From Minisyncoccia bacterium (GTDB lineage Bacteria; Patescibacteriota; Minisyncoccia; Phycocordibacterales; UBA9973), in contig JBGATK010000004.1 in the NCBI GenBank assembly GCA_044229265.1, forward strand, positions 252-64,251: 64,000 nt of DNA, given 5' to 3'. The translations under genes were made by a program, and so were the position numbers. The notes under the pieces were generated by a model. It ran no database searches and was not told where the DNA came from. It was given only the letters and a program-made list of their open reading frames with translations. Shown here piece after piece: positions 18,760 to 30,200 of this stretch. Positions within the stretch are counted from its first letter, which is position 1. Each line of letters begins with the position of its first letter.

Positions 18760-19626
18760 GAAGCAGGAACACAGAAAAACAGACTTTTATACATAGCTTT
18801 GTTTTTGTTTTGCGCTAATATTTTAATTTTTTATTTATATTTTTCTTTTTATAAGTCTATAGATAGTTTAACTTTTGCAATGCTGGATGTAGGGCAGGGC
18901 GATGCTATTTTAATAAAGACTCCCTCTGGTAAAGACATATTAGTAGATGCTGGCCCGAAAGATGTAATTACGACAGCATTGCCAAAAGTCATGAGCCCTT
19001 TCGATAGAGCGATAGATATTTTAATAATTACCAATCCGGACGAAGATCATATTGGAGGTTTCGATAATGTCCTCGATGTGTATGATGTGGGCCTAGTAAT
19101 TGAGCCTGGGACTTACAACCCATCGACAACTTATAAAAATTTAAAAGAAAAAATTGTAGAGAAAAAAGTGCAAAATATCTTAGCGCGTGCAGGAACACAT
19201 ATTGATTTCGGTGACGGTGTTGTGATGGAAATACTTTTTCCAGATAGAGATGTGAGTAGTTGGGAAGCCAATGATGGTTCGGTAATTGCAAAATTAACTT
19301 ATGGCGAGCAAACTTTTTTATTAACAGGTGATGCTACAGCCAAAACTGAAAAAATAATTTTAGAAAAATATTCTAAAGAATTTTTAGATGTAGATGTTTT
19401 AAAAGTAGGGCACCACGGTTCACACACTTCCACTAGCGATATTTTTGCGAGAGCTATTACTCCCAAATACGCATTAATTTCTGATGGAAAAAATAATAAA
19501 TATGGCCATCCACATAAAGCCGTGCTTGATACTTTGGCTGATTATGGTGCACAAATATTGCGCACAGACCTCGTGGGGACAATTATTTTTAAGTGTGATA
19601 AAATAGGGGAATGCAAGACAAAATAA
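18757..19626 (+). CDS. ComEC-associated metallo-beta-lactamase-fold protein
   Basis: LDVGQGDAILI, TNPDEDHIGG, LLTGDA, LKVGHHGS, NKYGHPH. Confidence 0.88.
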   Translation: MEAGTQKNRLLYIALFLFCANILIFYLYFSFYKSIDSLTFAMLDVGQGDAILIKTPSGKDILVDAGPKDVITTALPKVMSPFDRAIDILIITNPDEDHIGGFDNVLDVYDVGLVIEPGTYNPSTTYKNLKEKIVEKKVQNILARAGTHIDFGDGVVMEILFPDRDVSSWEANDGSVIAKLTYGEQTFLLTGDATAKTEKIILEKYSKEFLDVDVLKVGHHGSHTSTSDIFARAITPKYALISDGKNNKYGHPHKAVLDTLADYGAQILRTDLVGTIIFKCDKIGECKTK

Positions 19627-20789
19627 TAGAAAAACTCATAAAAGCCGAAATCAAAAGGCAAAAATCCGTTATTAATCTTATTGCTTCCGAGAACTATGTT
19701 TCAAGCGATGTTTTAAAGGCTCTTGGTTCGAAATTAACAAATAAATATGCAGAAGGATATCCAGGCAGGCGCTATTATCGTGGGACAAAAATTTGTGATG
19801 AAATAGAAGAATTAGCTCAAAAAAGAGCTTTAGAATTATTTGATCTTAAGCCTGAAAAATGGTCCGTGAACGTGCAACCACTGTCTGGCTCACCAGCTAA
19901 TGTTGCGGTGTATGTAGGTCTTGTGCCATTTGGAGAAAAAATAATGGGTATGACTCTTGCGCATGGCGGCCACCTTACTCATGGGCAATCAGTTTCTATT
20001 ACTGGAAAATTTTGGCAACAAGTTCCATATATTTTAGATAAAAAAACTGAACAATTAAACTATAATGAAATAAAAAAAATTGCACTTGAAAATAAACCAA
20101 AACTTATAGTAGCTGGATACACTGCTTATGCCCACATTATTGATTTTAAAAAGTTTCGAGAAATTGCAGATGCTTGCGGGGCAATTTTAATGGTAGATAT
20201 GTCTCATTTCGGTGGGCTTGTTGCTGGGCGTGCATATCCAAGCCCTTTTGCCTATGCAGATGTAGTTACAACTACAACACATAAAACTCTTCGAGGCCCA
20301 AGAAGTGCAATGATATTTGTTAAAAAAGATGAACGAGAACTCGACAAATTAGTAAATAAAGCAGTATTCCCTGGTATGCAAGGTGGTCCGCATATTAACC
20401 AAATTGCTGGAGTAGCAGTAGCTCTCAAAGAAGCGAATACAAGCGCATTTCGTAAATATGCAACTCAAGTTATAAAAAATACCAAAGCCCTTGCAGATGA
20501 ACTTAAAAAACTTGGATGGCGTATTGTAGAAGGAGGAACAGAAACGCATTTACTTCGTGTTGATGTGTGGCAAGATGGAAAAGGTGTAACTGGGCGCACT
20601 GCAGCAGACATGCTCGAAGCATCCGGAATTATTGTAAATGAAAATACAATACCTTTTGATACTCGAAAACCAATGGATCCATCTGGTATTCGTCTTGGCA
20701 CTGCAGCAGAGACTACTCTTGGTAAAAAGGAAAAAGACATGATAGTTATTGCAAGAAAAATTGATAAAGTTTTAAGACAGAAAAAATAA
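19611..20789 (+). CDS. glyA: Serine hydroxymethyltransferase
   Basis: LIASEN, NKYAEGYPG, GGHLTHG, TTTHKTLRGPR. Confidence 0.97.
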   Translation: MQDKIIEKLIKAEIKRQKSVINLIASENYVSSDVLKALGSKLTNKYAEGYPGRRYYRGTKICDEIEELAQKRALELFDLKPEKWSVNVQPLSGSPANVAVYVGLVPFGEKIMGMTLAHGGHLTHGQSVSITGKFWQQVPYILDKKTEQLNYNEIKKIALENKPKLIVAGYTAYAHIIDFKKFREIADACGAILMVDMSHFGGLVAGRAYPSPFAYADVVTTTTHKTLRGPRSAMIFVKKDERELDKLVNKAVFPGMQGGPHINQIAGVAVALKEANTSAFRKYATQVIKNTKALADELKKLGWRIVEGGTETHLLRVDVWQDGKGVTGRTAADMLEASGIIVNENTIPFDTRKPMDPSGIRLGTAAETTLGKKEKDMIVIARKIDKVLRQKK

Positions 20790-20800
20790 ACATAAATCAC

Positions 20801-21277
20801 ATGCCTCACATCCATGAAAAAATAGATTTTTGCGTAGAAGCACTTATCGTTCATAAAAATAAAGTGCTTCTTAGAATGCATGACAAGTATAAAATGTGGT
20901 TTTCTGTTGGTGGGCATATTGAGCTTGATGAAGACCCAGTGGAGGCGTTGTATCGAGAAGTAAGAGAAGAGGTTGGCTTAGATATAAAAATAATTAGTGA
21001 AGCTTATGGACCAGATGGAGGTAAAATTAATAATAGAAGTTATAAGTATTTAATTCCTCCAAGATTTTTAGGTAGGCATCCTGTAAATGAAACTCACGAA
21101 CATATTGTGTTTGTTTATTTTGCTACAGCTGATACAGACACTGTTTCCGATTCAGTTCTAGATCATGAGAAGGGTGTAGAAGTAAAATGGTTCAGCAGGG
21201 AAGATTTAGAAAACACAGATCTTGTGCCAAATATAAAATTTTACGCAATGAAAGCCTTAGAAGAATTAGGGGAATAA
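20801..21277 (+). CDS. NUDIX hydrolase
   Basis: GGHIELDEDPVEALYREVREEVG Nudix box. Confidence 0.9.
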   Translation: MPHIHEKIDFCVEALIVHKNKVLLRMHDKYKMWFSVGGHIELDEDPVEALYREVREEVGLDIKIISEAYGPDGGKINNRSYKYLIPPRFLGRHPVNETHEHIVFVYFATADTDTVSDSVLDHEKGVEVKWFSREDLENTDLVPNIKFYAMKALEELGE

Positions 21278-21285
21278 AAAAATAA

Positions 21286-21864
21286 ATGCTTCCACAATAT
21301 TTCGTATATCTAACAATTTTTACTTCCATATTTGCGGGGTCTTTTTATTTGAGGTCAATGTGGATGGGTAAGGCCAAGCCGAATCTCATTAGCTGGCTCG
21401 TTTGGGTTCTCGCTCCTGTGTCTGCTGGTCTTGTATCTATATCACTCGGCGCTGGGGCATCTGCTATTCCTATTTTTATGGCAGCTTTTACACCGCTATG
21501 TGTGGTAATTTTAGGATTATGGAAAAGAAATGCACACTGGAAAGCAAGCACTCTCGACTATGTATGCCTAGCGCTTTCCCTTATTTCACTTTTTTCTTTT
21601 ATAATTTTAAAAACTGGAACACTGGCTACCACATTTGCAATTCTTGCTGACCTCATCGCATTTGTGCCGACATATATCAAAAGCTACAAAGCACCAGAAA
21701 GCGAAAACCTCGGCCCATATCTTTCCGGTTTATTTAACCCATTAATTTCTGTAGCAACGCTTTCTTCTATATCCTTCAATACTGCGGGCTTTGCCTTATA
21801 CCTCTTCTTGGGAAATCTGCTCGAAATTGCTATAGTGTTAATACGAAAGAAATTTAAGAAATAA
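21286..21864 (+). CDS. Multi-TM hypothetical membrane protein
   Basis: Several TMs, KPNLISW, PTYIKSYKAPESE. Confidence 0.7.
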   Translation: MLPQYFVYLTIFTSIFAGSFYLRSMWMGKAKPNLISWLVWVLAPVSAGLVSISLGAGASAIPIFMAAFTPLCVVILGLWKRNAHWKASTLDYVCLALSLISLFSFIILKTGTLATTFAILADLIAFVPTYIKSYKAPESENLGPYLSGLFNPLISVATLSSISFNTAGFALYLFLGNLLEIAIVLIRKKFKK

Positions 21865-21866
21865 TT

Positions 21867-22565
21867 ATGAAAAAAACTAAAGGAAAATTGATAGTTATAG
21901 ACGGTACAGATGGGTCGGGGAAAGCGACGCAGATAGATTTGCTGGCTAAGAGATTAAAGAAAGAAGGAAAGAAGGTAAAGGTATTCGATTTTCCAGAATA
22001 TTATAAAAACTTTTTTGGTAAATTTATTGGGCATTGTTTGAGCGAGCAATATTACAATTGGCTAGGTGTGCACCCAAAAATAGCTTCCATGGCTTATGCA
22101 GCGGATAGGTGGGAGTCTAGCAAGGAGATGTATAAATGGCTCGAAGATGGATACATAGTCCTTGCCAATAGGTATGTATCTGCAAATCAAATACATCAAG
22201 GAGGAAAAATTGCTGATGGTAAAAAAAGAGCGGAATTTCTAGAATGGCTCGACGAGATGGAATATAAAGTTTTCAAAATCCCTCGGCCGAACCTAACTAT
22301 CTATCTTTCATTACCTATAGAGATAAGTTTGAGGCTCATTGGCGAGCGTAATGGCAAAATGAAAAGAGAGTATTTGAAAAAGAAAAAGGATGTGCATGAA
22401 AATGACAAAAACTTCCTTATTAACTCTCGTAAAAGCGCACTATGGCTCGAAGGCAAAGTAAAGAATTTTATTAAAATCGACTGTGCCGAGAAGGGAGGTA
22501 AAGAAATAATGACAAGAGAAGCAATACACGAGGAGGTTTTTAACAAAGTAAAAAAAGTGATATGA
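21867..22565 (+). CDS. tmk: Thymidylate kinase
   Basis: IDGTDGSGKATQ, AADR, NRYVSAN. Confidence 0.88.
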   Translation: MKKTKGKLIVIDGTDGSGKATQIDLLAKRLKKEGKKVKVFDFPEYYKNFFGKFIGHCLSEQYYNWLGVHPKIASMAYAADRWESSKEMYKWLEDGYIVLANRYVSANQIHQGGKIADGKKRAEFLEWLDEMEYKVFKIPRPNLTIYLSLPIEISLRLIGERNGKMKREYLKKKKDVHENDKNFLINSRKSALWLEGKVKNFIKIDCAEKGGKEIMTREAIHEEVFNKVKKVI

Positions 22566-23137
22566 AAGAGGACATCAAAAATCAAAAAAAGAAATTTATT
22601 TTAATATATGGCTCACCGGCAGTTGGTAAATTAACAGTTTCTAAAGAGTTAGAAAAAATCACTGACTATCATATTTTTCATAATCACGATGTTATTGATT
22701 TGGTGATTCGATTTTGGAATAGGGAAGACGTTAGATATCAAAAAATTAGATGCGAGTTAGCATTTAAAGCAATTGACCTTTTGCTGTCGGAGGGAGCAAA
22801 AATCATTTTTACACATTCTTATGCAAAAAATTTTGTTTTTAAAACAGGAATGACAGATACAAAGTTTATTGATCAGATATATAAAATTTGTAAAAAAAGA
22901 GGCTATGAATTTTACTCAATACAGTTAATTTGTGATGAGAAAGAGATTTTGAGGCGTATAAAATCTGATTCAAGAAAACTACATGGTAAGTTGAAAAAAG
23001 TTTCAATAATGAAAAATTTACTAAAAACATCTGACTTCACTTCTCCTTTGGAATATAGTAATAACTTTGTAATAAACAATACTAATATACCAGCAAAAAA
23101 GGTTGCAAAAATCATAAAAGAGAAGTTTAGAGTATAA
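22562..23137 (+). CDS. P-loop kinase (AAA_33/shikimate-kinase-like fold)
   Basis: YGSPAVGKLT Walker A. Confidence 0.75.
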   Translation: MKEDIKNQKKKFILIYGSPAVGKLTVSKELEKITDYHIFHNHDVIDLVIRFWNREDVRYQKIRCELAFKAIDLLLSEGAKIIFTHSYAKNFVFKTGMTDTKFIDQIYKICKKRGYEFYSIQLICDEKEILRRIKSDSRKLHGKLKKVSIMKNLLKTSDFTSPLEYSNNFVINNTNIPAKKVAKIIKEKFRV

Positions 23138-23208
23138 GAATATTACTTTAATCCCCAATAAGTGTTTATTTAATAAAACTTTCAGCATATAATATATAGA
23201 AGTATTAT

Positions 23209-25011
23209 ATGATCAATGAAGAAATAATTTCGTATATTAAAAATGCCAAAGAGCATGGTATAACTCTTGATGCTATTCGCATGAATTTAAAAACTGGTGG
23301 TTGGAACGATGCTGATATAGATGAAGCTTTTGCTGTAACCGAAAGAAGTATCGCATCTAATATTGTGCCTCCTTTTCCACAAAAGCCCCAGGATAATTCT
23401 GCGTCAATCCAAATGAATAACACGAGCTTTGTTAGCCAGAATCAAAATGGATTTGTGGGCGGTATCACGAACATGCCTGCAAAAAAGAAAAGTCATTGGG
23501 TGATTCTAACTATTCTAATTTTAGTATTTTTAATTTTAGGTGGCACAGGTTTTGCTTTTTATAAAAAAATAATTCCATTGCCTAGTTTTATAACTAAGTA
23601 TTTAGACAAGGCGCCATACGATGAGCAGAATTTAATTTCCGGGCTTTTGTTTAAAATGGCTCAAATTAAAACTGTAAAATACACTGTTGCCACAGAAGTT
23701 TCTCTGGGGGCTCGTGATGCTGATGTAAAACCTCTAATTTTAACAGGTGATTTAGCTCCTACCAGTTTTGATCAAACTGAATATTTTCCTACAGAATTTA
23801 AATTAAATACTTCGATAACTGCCGAGACGGATTTGTCTAATCTGGCGAATTCGGATTGGAAGATCAATCTCGATACTTCTGGTGATTTAGGTGATCTGTA
23901 TTATCAGATTAATATCGATTCGCTTAAAAAAGGTAAAAATATTTATTTTAAAGTTAATAATTTACCAGCTTTATTTTCTTTTTTCCCATTTCCAAAAAGC
24001 CAGTGGTTCTTGCTCGATTTTGATAGTATAGACGAAATAGCTAAACAACATTTAACAGACAAAGAATATGAAGAATTTAAAAGTGGTACAGAAGTTGATG
24101 GAGAAAATTTCCAAAAGCAATTATTGGAATATGAATCAAAATACAAAGAAAATAGAGAAAAGTCTGCTCGAATCATGAAGAAATTTATTCTTATGGCTGA
24201 TGAATATAAAATTTTGGCTTTCAAAGAACCACCACTCAAAGATGAAATTACTGTCGTGCCTTTATATAGGTATAGTTTGATGTTTCGACCAGGAACCCTC
24301 ACTACTTTTGTAGAAGCATTTATGCGCGATGTTCTAAATGAAGAATTTCCAGAAGATAGGGAAGAGAACGAAAAACTCATCGCAGAATTAAAATCTGAAA
24401 ATGCAATACAAATTATGAATTATATAGAAGAAAATACAACGATATTATTTTGGGTTGATCAAAATGGTTTACCAGAGAGTATGAAATTCAAATTTAGGTT
24501 TGTCCCTGGCAATGTAAGTGGTAATTTTAATGAAAAACAAATTAATTTTGAAACTAATTTAAAACTTGCAAATATAAATGCACCTATTGTTATCGATGCT
24601 CCAGCTAATGCTAAAAGCTTTTTTCAATATATTTTCGACTCTTTAGAAAGTGCTAGTATAAAAGCGAATAATGCAAAGATAATTTCCAATCTTTCATCAT
24701 TGCGTGCAGAAGCTGAGCTTTATTTTGATAGCAAGGGTAATTATGGTGGTAAGACCAGTGGTGGTTGCGCGGTGTCAGGCACTATATTTAATTCTCCTAG
24801 AATTGCTAACTTGCTAAATGAAATTAAAAATATACAAATACAAGAAAACTTACAAGGTAAAACTGCGTGTTTTAGTAATAAAGATGCATACGCTATAACT
24901 ACACCCCTACTTGATGTAGGTGATGGCCAAAAGTATTTTTGTGTCGATAGTGCGGGTACTGCTAGGGAAACTAGGTCTCATGCTATTGCTCCTATCTGTC
25001 CTGGTTTCTAA
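23209..25011 (+). CDS. Membrane-anchored protein with a C-terminal pilin-like domain
   Basis: N-terminal GW..IDEAF module, TM, beta-rich core, C-terminal KANNAKIISNLSSLRAEAELYFD...YFCVDSAG with 4 Cys. Confidence 0.65.
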   Translation: MINEEIISYIKNAKEHGITLDAIRMNLKTGGWNDADIDEAFAVTERSIASNIVPPFPQKPQDNSASIQMNNTSFVSQNQNGFVGGITNMPAKKKSHWVILTILILVFLILGGTGFAFYKKIIPLPSFITKYLDKAPYDEQNLISGLLFKMAQIKTVKYTVATEVSLGARDADVKPLILTGDLAPTSFDQTEYFPTEFKLNTSITAETDLSNLANSDWKINLDTSGDLGDLYYQINIDSLKKGKNIYFKVNNLPALFSFFPFPKSQWFLLDFDSIDEIAKQHLTDKEYEEFKSGTEVDGENFQKQLLEYESKYKENREKSARIMKKFILMADEYKILAFKEPPLKDEITVVPLYRYSLMFRPGTLTTFVEAFMRDVLNEEFPEDREENEKLIAELKSENAIQIMNYIEENTTILFWVDQNGLPESMKFKFRFVPGNVSGNFNEKQINFETNLKLANINAPIVIDAPANAKSFFQYIFDSLESASIKANNAKIISNLSSLRAEAELYFDSKGNYGGKTSGGCAVSGTIFNSPRIANLLNEIKNIQIQENLQGKTACFSNKDAYAITTPLLDVGDGQKYFCVDSAGTARETRSHAIAPICPGF

Positions 25012-25068
25012 TCTCTAATCTATAATTTGCAAATTTTCAAGATTTATAGAATATGCTATGATGATGGC

Positions 25069-25494
25069 ATGGAACTTAAAGTTAAAAAATTAGTTGATGA
25101 TGCGAAATTACCTACAAAAGGCCACCCTGGCGATGCTGGGATAGATTTCTTTGCGATAGAAGAAGTAATTTTTCCCAGTGGCGAGCAGAGGAGTGTATCG
25201 ACTGGTGTTGCTATCGAAATTCCGAGTGGACACGTGGGCCTTATTTGGGATAAATCTAGCATCTCCTTTAATCTGGGCCTTAAGGTTATGGGCGGAGTTA
25301 TAGATTCTGGTTATCGCGGAGAGATAATTATGAATTTAGTAAATACTACTGCTGAAGAAGTAAAAATAGAGAAAGGTCAAAAAGTCGCTCAGATGATTAT
25401 TCAAAAATTCGAAGATTGTAATATTAATGAAGTTTTAGAATTAGGAGAAACAATTCGCGGTGCAGGTAGAGAAGGTAGCACTGGTAAACACTAA
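25069..25494 (+). CDS. dut: dUTP diphosphatase
   Basis: GDAGID, GGVIDSGYRGEI, RGAGREGSTG; start reassigned to MELKVK. Confidence 0.93.
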   Translation: MELKVKKLVDDAKLPTKGHPGDAGIDFFAIEEVIFPSGEQRSVSTGVAIEIPSGHVGLIWDKSSISFNLGLKVMGGVIDSGYRGEIIMNLVNTTAEEVKIEKGQKVAQMIIQKFEDCNINEVLELGETIRGAGREGSTGKH

Positions 25495-27233
25495 TGCAAG
25501 AGAAAATAAAAAATTTAATTATAGATGCACTTAAAAAACTCGACATAGATGCCGGGGTAGATTCCCGCCCGGACGAAAGTCCATTCGGACGGGTCGTGGT
25601 GGAGCATCCGGCAGATTTAGCTATGGGGGATTATTCTACTAATGTGGCTATGGCTCTCGCGAAAAGTTTAAAAATGAATCCAAAGGAGTTGGCAGAGAAG
25701 ATCGTTGGAGAAATAAAAAAAGTAGAGGAAGGAATAGAAATTCAAAATATAGAATCCGCTGGGACAGGGTTTATAAATTTTTATTTAACGAAAAAGTTTT
25801 TTTCTAATTCTTTAAATGAAATTATAATTGATGAAAAATTTGGTAAAAATAATTCTAAAGAAGGACAGGTGATAATGGTGGAATACACTGACCCGAATCC
25901 TTTCAAACCTTTTCATATCGGACACCTTATGAGTAATTCTATAGGAGAATCTTTGTCTCGCCTTGTAGAATATTCTGGAGCAGAGACTGTTCGTGCAAAT
26001 TACCAAGGCGATGTAGGCCTTCATGTAGCTAAAGCCATTTATGGAATACTTCAAAAAGGAACACCTGAAGAAAATAAAACTATCAATGAAAAAGCCGAGT
26101 ACATAGGGCAATGTTATTCTTTTGCTTCAAATTTATACGAAGAAAATGAAGATACAAAAAAAGAAATCAATAAAATCAATAAACAAATTTACGAAAAGTC
26201 AGATGAAAAAATAAATGAGCTTTATTTATGGGGTAGAATTATCACCCTAGAAGCTTTTGAGAATATTTATAAAATTTTAGGTACAAAATTTAAATACTAT
26301 TTCTTTGAATCGGAAATGGCAGAAATAGGAAAAGAAATAGTAAAAAATAATCTAGGTAAGGTTTTTGAAGAATCAAATGGAGCTATCGTATTCCACGCTG
26401 AAAAACATGATCCGAAATTGCACACTAGAGTATTTATAAATTCTGAAGGCTTGCCCACATATGAGACCAAAGAAATAGGTCTTACCGTTAGTAAATTTGA
26501 AAAAGAAAATCCCGACACTTCTATTGTAATCACTGCGATAGAGCAGGGGCAATATATGCGTGTTGTGGCCAAAGCTATTTCTCTAATTTATCCAGAATAT
26601 GAATCACGAATGCGCCATATTACACACGGCATGCTTCGTTTTTCTACAGGAAAAATGAGTTCAAGAAAAGGAAATATTATTACAGGAGAATCTTTAATAA
26701 AAGATGTTAACGATTCTATTTTAGAGAAAATAAAAGATAGAAATTGGAATGATGAAGACAAGAAAAAAATCGCTAATCAAGTAGGTGTTGGTGCGCTTAA
26801 ATTTTCTATTTTGCGTCAGGCTATAGGCGGTGATATTATTTATGATTTTGAAAAATCTATTTCTTTCGAAGGGGATTCGGGGCCTTATTTACAATACTCT
26901 TTTGCTCGAGCAAATTCTATTTTAGAAAAAGCAAAAAAGGAAAATATTGAAATCAGTACAAATACTAAAAAAGAAGAAATTTTAGAAATAGAAAAATTGT
27001 TATATAAATTTCCAAATATCGTTTCCCGTGCCCAAAATGAATACGCCCCACATTATATAACTCATTATTTGATAGAGTTAGCCCACGTTTTTAATAATTT
27101 TTATGGCCAAAATCAAATAGTAAATATCGAAGATGTCGAGTCTCCATATAAGCTAGCTATTACAAAAGCCTTTACTCGTATTATGCAAAACGGCCTTTAC
27201 CTCCTCGGTATCGAAAGTCCAGAAAAGATGTAA
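25494..27233 (+). CDS. argS: Arginine--tRNA ligase
   Basis: GDYSTN, GFINF, PFHIGH, KMSSRKG, GPYLQY. Confidence 0.95.
   Translation: MQEKIKNLIIDALKKLDIDAGVDSRPDESPFGRVVVEHPADLAMGDYSTNVAMALAKSLKMNPKELAEKIVGEIKKVEEGIEIQNIESAGTGFINFYLTKKFFSNSLNEIIIDEKFGKNNSKEGQVIMVEYTDPNPFKPFHIGHLMSNSIGESLSRLVEYSGAETVRANYQGDVGLHVAKAIYGILQKGTPEENKTINEKAEYIGQCYSFASNLYEENEDTKKEINKINKQIYEKSDEKINELYLWGRIITLEAFENIYKILGTKFKYYFFESEMAEIGKEIVKNNLGKVFEESNGAIVFHAEKHDPKLHTRVFINSEGLPTYETKEIGLTVSKFEKENPDTSIVITAIEQGQYMRVVAKAISLIYPEYESRMRHITHGMLRFSTGKMSSRKGNIITGESLIKDVNDSILEKIKDRNWNDEDKKKIANQVGVGALKFSILRQAIGGDIIYDFEKSISFEGDSGPYLQYSFARANSILEKAKKENIEISTNTKKEEILEIEKLLYKFPNIVSRAQNEYAPHYITHYLIELAHVFNNFYGQNQIVNIEDVESPYKLAITKAFTRIMQNGLYLLGIESPEKM
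25564..25593. repeat. 30-bp palindromic element in-frame in argS
   Basis: CCCGCCC-GGAC-GAAA-GTCC-ATTCGGACGGG; encodes SRPDESPFGR. Confidence 0.6.
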
Positions 27234-27266
27234 AACAAAGCTTTTTATGCTATTATCAATTTTGTA

Positions 27267-30200
27267 ATGGCAGATAAAGAAGCAAAAAATACAAAAAGTG
27301 AAAATTCTATACGAGAAGAAAAAATTCTCGCATTTTGGCGTGAGAATAAAATTTTTGAAAAGAGTTTGGATCCAAAAACCGCCCCATTAGGTTCGGTCAA
27401 GGGTGAGTTTGTGTTTTATGAAGGTCCGCCTACAGCAAATGGCAAGCCAGGAATTCACCATTTAGAAGCTCGTGCTTTTAAGGATGCAATTCCAAGGTAT
27501 AAAACCATGCAAGGTTACCATGTCCGCAGAAAGGGTGGTTGGGATACTCATGGGCTTCCAGTAGAACTTCAGGTTGAGAAAAAGCTCGGGCTTAATTCTA
27601 AAAAAGCTATCGAAGAATACGGCATTGCTAAATTTAATAAAGAATGCAAAGAAAATGTTTGGGAATATTTAGAATTTTGGAATAAATTTACTGAACGTAT
27701 AGGATACTGGGTAGATCAAAAAGATCCATATGTTACATATCATAATTCTTATATAGAATCAGTTTGGAATGTGGTCAAAAAAATAGACGAACAAAATTTA
27801 CTTTATAAAGATTATAAAGTAGTGCCTTGGTGTCCTAGGTGTGGCACAGCACTTTCTTCACACGAGCTCGCTCAAGGTTACAGCGATGTGAAAGATTTAT
27901 CTATTACTGCAAAATTTAAAATCGTAGGTTTTGAAGATGCTTACTTTTTAGCTTGGACTACCACTCCTTGGACAATTCCTGGTAATGTGGCCTTAGCTGT
28001 AGGAGCGGATATAACTTATGTTGAGATTAAAGTTGTAAAAGAAAATGCTGGAGAAAAAACAAATGAGATTTTAGTTTTAGCTAAAGACAGGTTATCAATA
28101 ATAGAAGGTGAGTATGAAATAATTGCAGAGCACAAAGGTAGCTCTATGGCGGGCATGCAATATGAGCCACTTTTCCCATATTTACAAAATATTTTAAAAG
28201 GAAATGGTGAAGATACAGAAAAAGCTTTTAAAGTATATGTGGCAGACTTTGTAAATACAGAGGATGGTACAGGCATAGTGCATACAGCAGTTATGTATGG
28301 TGCAGATGATTTTGACCTCGGAACAAAAGTTGGTTTGCCAAAATTGCATCTCGTAAATCCTGAAGGTAATTTTATAGACGGCACAGATTTCCTCGCAGGG
28401 AGATTTGTAAAAGAAAAAGATGAAAATAATAAGCCAACTCTAGATGTAGATATTATAAAATACTTGCAAGAGAAAAATTTATTTTTTAAAAAAGAACTTT
28501 ACGAGCACTCATATCCGCATTGCTGGCGTTGCAAAACAGCTCTTGTATACTATGCAAGAGATTCTTGGTATATACGAATGACGGAACCAAAGATCAAAGA
28601 AGCTTTGGTAAAAGAAAATGAAAAAATTTCTTGGGAACCAAATAATATAAAAGAAGGACGCTTTGGTGAGTGGCTCGCAGGTATAAAAGATTGGGCTATT
28701 TCACGTGAGAGGTATTGGGGCACACCACTACCGGTATGGCTATCTCTTGATGGCGAAAAAATAATTGCAGATTCTGTGAGCACAATAAAGAATCTTGTTA
28801 AAAAATCTGGTAATAAATATTTTGTAATGAGGCACGGTGGCACTGAAGGTAATGCGAGTGATACTGTGAGTTTTAAAAATGAGTCCAATGATAATTTAAC
28901 TGAGAAAGGCATACAGCAAGTACGCTCTGAAATAGGGCATTACAAAGGCAAGGTGGATATGGTAATTTGCTCACCATTTGCTCGCACTCGCGAAACCGCA
29001 GCTATTGTTTGTGAGGAACTGGGCTTGGGTAAAGAAAATTTAATTATAGATGAACGCCTGCACGAAATTAATCCAGGTATTTTTGACGGAAAAAATTGGA
29101 ACGAATATCATGATTATGTTTACGATAAAGATGGAGAGTGGTTTACACATAGAATTCCAGAGGGTGAATCATTTCAAGAAGTAGGAAAAAGAGTAGGAGA
29201 GGCTCTGTATGAAGCTGAACAAAAATATCAAAATAAAAATATTTTATTTATTACTCATGGTGGTCCAGCGTGGCTTTTTTATGTAGTTGCGGGAGAATAT
29301 TTGCCAGAGAATAAAGAATATCAAAAAGCTGATACGAATGCTTTCGTAAAAGAATTTAAGCGTTTCCAAAATGCAGAAATTAGAGAACTTAATTTCGCAC
29401 CACTTCCACATAATGATAATTTTGAGCTCGACTTGCACCGACCTTACATAGACACCATTATTTTAGAAAAAGATGGCAAAGAATATAAACGCACTAAAGA
29501 GGTCATGGATGTATGGTTTGATTCTGGGGCTATGCCTTTTGCACAAGATCATTATCCATTTGAAAATAAAGAATTGGTAGATGGAGTAGGTTTTCCCGCT
29601 GATTATATTTCGGAAGCAATAGATCAAACAAGAGGTTGGTTCTATACTTTACATGCTATTGGTGTTTTGATGGGTAGGGGTAATGCATATAAAAATGTAA
29701 TTTGCTTAGGACATATTTTGGACGATAAAGGTAAAAAAATGAGTAAATCTCTAGGCAATATTGTTGACCCATGGATTATGATGGAAAAATACGGAGTAGA
29801 TACTTTGCGTCTCTGGATGTATTCTGTGAATCAGCCCGGTGAATCAAAAAATTTTGATGAGAAAACTGTTGCACTTTTAAATCAACAAGTTTTCGGTTTA
29901 CTTTACAATGTTTTATCTTTTTATGAAATTTATCGTGATAAGGATTTGGAAAATAATGAAAATATAAAAAGTGAAAATCTTTTAGATCTTTGGATTTTGG
30001 CAAGATATGAAGAATTAAATAATTTAGCGCAAAAGAATCTGGATAATTATAAATTATTAGAACCAGTTCGTGCAATTCGTGAATTCGTAGGAGACCTTTC
30101 TACTTGGTATTTGCGTCGCTCGAGAGATAGAATAAAAGACGAAGACAAAAATGCAAGGCAGACTTTGTATTTCGTTTTGAAAAATCTTGCAAAAATTCTT

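Noticed and set aside
27378-27397. Possible in-frame palindrome in ileS (ACCGCCCCATTAGGTTCGGT)
   Set aside because: Pairing is too imperfect to distinguish from chance without alignments.
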